Program-made: the position numbers and the translations under genes
Shown: piece by piece, positions 40,502 to 43,512 of the stretch
Position numbering within the stretch: position 1 is the first letter of the stretch
Layout of the letters: every line of letters begins with the position of its first letter
Assembly: GCA_046744105.1 (NCBI GenBank)
Contig: JBKOXO010000034.1
Location: 1-43,512 of the forward strand
Direction of reading: 5' to 3'
Length of the DNA stretch: 43,512 nt
From: Actinomycetota bacterium
Lineage (GTDB): Bacteria > Actinomycetota > Actinomycetes > Mycobacteriales > Jatrophihabitantaceae
The notes under the pieces: generated by a model
Databases searched by the model: none
What the model was told of the DNA's origin: nothing
The model's input: only the letters and a program-made list of their open reading frames with translations

Positions 40502-42892
40502 GTGAACGCTCACATAGGCCCCCCCACCGACGGCCAGCGCCACCCCGGTTTCCTCGCCGCCTACCCGGAGACACAGTTCATCCGCATCGAGGAGTGGGCA
40601 CCCTACAGCCCCGTCTGGGCACCCTGGTACACGAACCACATGATCATGCGCGGTCTGCTGGACGCGTATCTCTACAGCGGCAACCAGCAGGCCCTGCAGG
40701 TGGTCACCGGCATGGCCGACTGGGCGCACAGCCGGCTCACCAAGCTGCCCCGCTCGACACTCGACGGCATGTGGCAGATCTACATCGGCGGTGAGTACAA
40801 CGCGATGCCCGAGGTACTCGCCGACCTCGCCGCGATTACCGGCAAGACCGAGTACCTCGCGACCGCCGAAGCCTTCGTCAACACCTACCTGTTCGACGCC
40901 GCCGTCGCCAAGCAGGACACACTCAACGGCGAGCACGCCAACCAGCACATTCCGCAGTACCGCAGCTATCTGGCGATGTATGACAACTTCTCCGACAAGG
41001 TCCAGCCTTCCTACCGCGGTCCGGCCTCCAACTACTACGCGGCCGCGGCCAACTTCTGGGACATGGTGGTACCGCATCGGATGTACTTCGACGGCGGGAC
41101 AGCCGGATCCGGTGAATTCTTCGGCGCACGGGACGTCATCGCTGCGACGATCGGGGCATCGAACGCGGAGACCTGCACCACGTACAACATGCTCAAACTG
41201 TCTAGGCTGCTGTTCTTCCACACCGCAGGTTCGAAGTACATGCAGTTCTACGAGCGCGCGCTGATTGGCACGTACCTTGCGGACCGATCACCCAACAACA
41301 GCAACACCAACCCGAACGTTGTCTACTTCCTGAATGTCAGTCCGGGCACGCGGCGCAGTTTCGACAACCTGGGAACCTGCGACGGCGGAACAGCCCCCGA
41401 GGAACTCGCCAAGTTCCAGGACTCGATCTATTTCAGTTCGGTCGACGACTCGACCCTCTACGTGAACCTCTACATCGCCTCCAGCCTGACGTGGGCCGCG
41501 AAGGGGATCGCCGTCGAACAGTCCACCAACTACCCGGCCGACCCCACCGGCGAAACGAGCCTCACGGTTACCGGCAATGCGACGTTCACTCTGAAGTTGC
41601 GGGTTCCGTATTGGGTGCGAAAAGGCTTCACGGTCCGCGTCAATGGCGCCGATCAGAACCTGGACGCAACACCGGGCACATACGTGTCGATCAACCGGAG
41701 TTGGCACACCGGAGACACCGTCGAGATCTCCATGCCGTTCACCGTGCGCGCCGAAGGCGCCCTCGACCAGCCGCAAACCCAGGGCCTGGCGTTCGGCCCG
41801 GTGCCGCTGGTCACGCTTAACAACTCCACGTCCTACCTCACCTACGCGTCGCTGTATCCGAGCGTGAAGAACCTCGCGGGCGACCTCAAGGACGCCTTGA
41901 CACCCACCGCCGACCTGATGCAATTCGCCTTCAACGGCAACACCATCCGGCCGTTCTACATTGAGGACACCGCGAGGTATCACGCGTACATTCACCGGTC
42001 CGAACCGGAGATCATCTTCGCTGGTGTCGATTCCGGTGTGCCAAATTATCCGGAGAACCCCACGGTGTCGACCCTGTGGGTCGCCGGCAAGTTCGGCAAT
42101 GCAATCCTGCTGGATGGGTCCGGGCCCTATGTATCGCTGCCCAACGCCATCGTCAACGGATTGAGCGACTTCACGGTGGCCGCCTGGGTGAACCCTGCGA
42201 CGGTCACCAGCTGGGTGCGGCTGTTCGATTTCGTAACCGGCACGGGCCAATACATGTTCCTGACGATCAGCTCGGGATCGTCGCTGCCCCGGTTTGCGAT
42301 CACCACCAGCGGAAGCGGCGGCGAGCAGCAGCTGACCTCGAGCCAGGCCATCAGCGCGAGCACCTGGACGCACGTTGCGGTCACACTCTCGGGCGCGACG
42401 GGAACGGTGTATCTGAACGGCAACGTGGTGGCCAGCAACAGCACCATGACGCTCAAGCCGTCCAGCCTCGGTTCCACCGGGAACAACTGGATCGGCAAGT
42501 CCCAGTACGGTGATCCGCTGCTGACCGGGTCGGTTGACGAGTTCCAGATCTACAACCGCGCGCTGAGCCAGGCCGAGGTGCAGAGCCTGCTGACCAGCGC
42601 GGGCGGCAGCCCGGGAGGCGGAAACGTCGCGTGGTACCGATTCGAGGAAACCACCGGAACGACCGCGCACGACTCGTCCGGCAACGCGAAGGACGGCGCT
42701 GTCACGAACTTCGCCCCCGTCATCGGCACGACCTTCCTCGACCTGGTCTGGGACCAAGCGCCGTTCAAGGACGTGGGTGACTTCCGGTCCGCGGTCGCGA
42801 TACTGGCCACGCAATGGCTCGCAGCCGGCAAACTCACCGCAGCCGAGAAAGACGCGATTGTGTCGGCCGCGGCCCGGGCCAAGATCAGCTGA
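40502..42892 (+). CDS. GH127-like (DUF1680, beta-L-arabinofuranosidase family) protein with C-terminal LamG; N-terminally short, no signal peptide
   Basis: Family blocks WYTNHMIMRGLLDAY, NGEHANQHIPQ, NAETCTTYNMLKLSRLLF, FYERALIG. LamG at ~42086-42712. The ORF begins at a GTG with no obvious RBS, 45 nt after the GH54 stop. Confidence 0.75.
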   Translation: MNAHIGPPTDGQRHPGFLAAYPETQFIRIEEWAPYSPVWAPWYTNHMIMRGLLDAYLYSGNQQALQVVTGMADWAHSRLTKLPRSTLDGMWQIYIGGEYNAMPEVLADLAAITGKTEYLATAEAFVNTYLFDAAVAKQDTLNGEHANQHIPQYRSYLAMYDNFSDKVQPSYRGPASNYYAAAANFWDMVVPHRMYFDGGTAGSGEFFGARDVIAATIGASNAETCTTYNMLKLSRLLFFHTAGSKYMQFYERALIGTYLADRSPNNSNTNPNVVYFLNVSPGTRRSFDNLGTCDGGTAPEELAKFQDSIYFSSVDDSTLYVNLYIASSLTWAAKGIAVEQSTNYPADPTGETSLTVTGNATFTLKLRVPYWVRKGFTVRVNGADQNLDATPGTYVSINRSWHTGDTVEISMPFTVRAEGALDQPQTQGLAFGPVPLVTLNNSTSYLTYASLYPSVKNLAGDLKDALTPTADLMQFAFNGNTIRPFYIEDTARYHAYIHRSEPEIIFAGVDSGVPNYPENPTVSTLWVAGKFGNAILLDGSGPYVSLPNAIVNGLSDFTVAAWVNPATVTSWVRLFDFVTGTGQYMFLTISSGSSLPRFAITTSGSGGEQQLTSSQAISASTWTHVAVTLSGATGTVYLNGNVVASNSTMTLKPSSLGSTGNNWIGKSQYGDPLLTGSVDEFQIYNRALSQAEVQSLLTSAGGSPGGGNVAWYRFEETTGTTAHDSSGNAKDGAVTNFAPVIGTTFLDLVWDQAPFKDVGDFRSAVAILATQWLAAGKLTAAEKDAIVSAAARAKIS
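42086..42712 (+). repeat. LamG module copy D (body + GNVAWYRFEETTGTTAHDSSGNAKDGAVTNF tail)
   Basis: Paralogous to copies A-C and shares the 30-nt identical run with copy C. Confidence 0.75.
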
Positions 42893-42994
42893 CCGGTGAC
42901 ATCAGGCGCGAATCCGGACGCCTACCCGTACTACTTCTACGATCACGCATCGCAGCGCCGCCCGCGGGTCACATACGGAAAGGCGGTCTGCGGG

Positions 42995-43512
42995 ATGGAC
43001 TTTTCTCCCTCCGAGCTCTGGAGCGACGAGACGCGCCGGAACCGGCGCGGCTTCTACGACCGCGTCCGCTCGGCCGGCGAACCGGTCCTGCAGATCGAAC
43101 CAGGCAGTGGCCGGCGGTTCTGGTTGATCGCGGGCCACACCGAGGTCATCGAGGCGCTACATCATCCGATGATCGGGCACCAGATCGAGAAGCACCTCAG
43201 CCCAGACTCGCCCCAGCAGGATGCCATCAGCTGGATACCGGCCGACCCGGTCAGCGCACGTCAGCTCATCGCCCTCGACCCGCCCGACCACACTCGCCTA
43301 CGTCGGCTGGTCAGCGCTGGGTTCACCCCGCACGTGGTCGATCGGCTGGAACCGTGGATCAGCGACCTCGTCGACCAGCTGCTCGACCGAATACCACGAA
43401 ACGACGTAATCGATGGGGTTAAGCAGCTGGCCGACCCGGTGCCGGTCGCCGTCATCGCCGAACTCGTCGGCGTGCCCCGAGCGGATCGTCCCCGGTTCCG
43501 CGCGTGGTCGAC
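42995..43512 (+). CDS. Cytochrome P450, 3'-partial (runs off window end; absent from the supplied ORF track)
   Basis: Own translation of frame 2: MDFSPSELWSDETRRNRRGFYDRVRSAGEPVLQIEPGSGRRFWLIAGHTEVIEALHHP...LIALDPPDHTRLRRLVSAGFTPHVV...ADPVPVAVIAELVGVP. This is a classic P450 N-terminal half. The alternative start, GTG 42896, lies 3 nt after the GH127-like stop codon. Confidence 0.8.
   Translation, partial: MDFSPSELWSDETRRNRRGFYDRVRSAGEPVLQIEPGSGRRFWLIAGHTEVIEALHHPMIGHQIEKHLSPDSPQQDAISWIPADPVSARQLIALDPPDHTRLRRLVSAGFTPHVVDRLEPWISDLVDQLLDRIPRNDVIDGVKQLADPVPVAVIAELVGVPRADRPRFRAWS

Noticed and set aside
1-43512. Search for defence systems, toxin-antitoxin pairs, integrases/transposases, rRNA/tRNA genes and CRISPR arrays.
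   Set aside because: No ORF translation shows nuclease/helicase/methylase/reverse-transcriptase/recombinase signatures, and no spaced repeat arrays or RNA-gene-like sequences were seen by eye.

Overview
High-GC (roughly 70% by eye) actinobacterial chromosome segment in three parts. (1) nt 1-10389 is a conserved core block: E2 acyltransferase (sucB/dlaT, 5' partial), YfcH-like epimerase, Ser/Thr kinase, peptidase S51, lipB, GGDEF cyclase, lipA, DUF4191, RDD and glnA, with a textbook four-half-site GlnR box in front of glnA. (2) nt ~10390-13998 looks like a non-core scrap-yard. It holds strongly structured intergenic DNA, a 322-aa orphan gene with lower third-position GC, an orphan frame-disrupted HK97-type capsid gene and out-of-frame fragments of a Kelch-repeat gene. 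A PAC2 gene and a small hypothetical gene follow. (3) nt 15370-42892 is a ~27.5 kb L-arabinose / arabinofuranoside utilisation island. It encodes a secreted GH43-CBM, an MGH1-like (alpha/alpha)6 hydrolase, a Tat-secreted glutaminase-A-like DUF4965 protein, GH2, a signal-peptide-bearing mutarotase, LacI regulator 1, araB, araA, a three-gene ABC importer, araD and LacI regulator 2. It ends with a 1340-aa GH54 multidomain protein and a GH127-like protein. A cytochrome P450 gene then runs off the 3' end and is missing from the ORF track. The most notable observations are these. Four paralogous LamG modules carry the normally N-terminal Laminin_G_3 strand at their C-terminus, which may be a circular permutation. 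A bacterial GH54 has a nested LTD/LamG architecture. A perfect 16-bp lac-type palindrome has a near copy in an odd place. Several gene lesions sit inside the island: a double frame switch in the MGH1-like gene, a homopolymer frameshift in LacI-2, an N-terminally truncated signal-less GH127 and an SGNH remnant. I saw no rRNA, tRNA, CRISPR array, intact transposase/integrase or recognisable defence system. All calls rest on reading the sequence and ORF translations by eye; domain boundaries are approximate.
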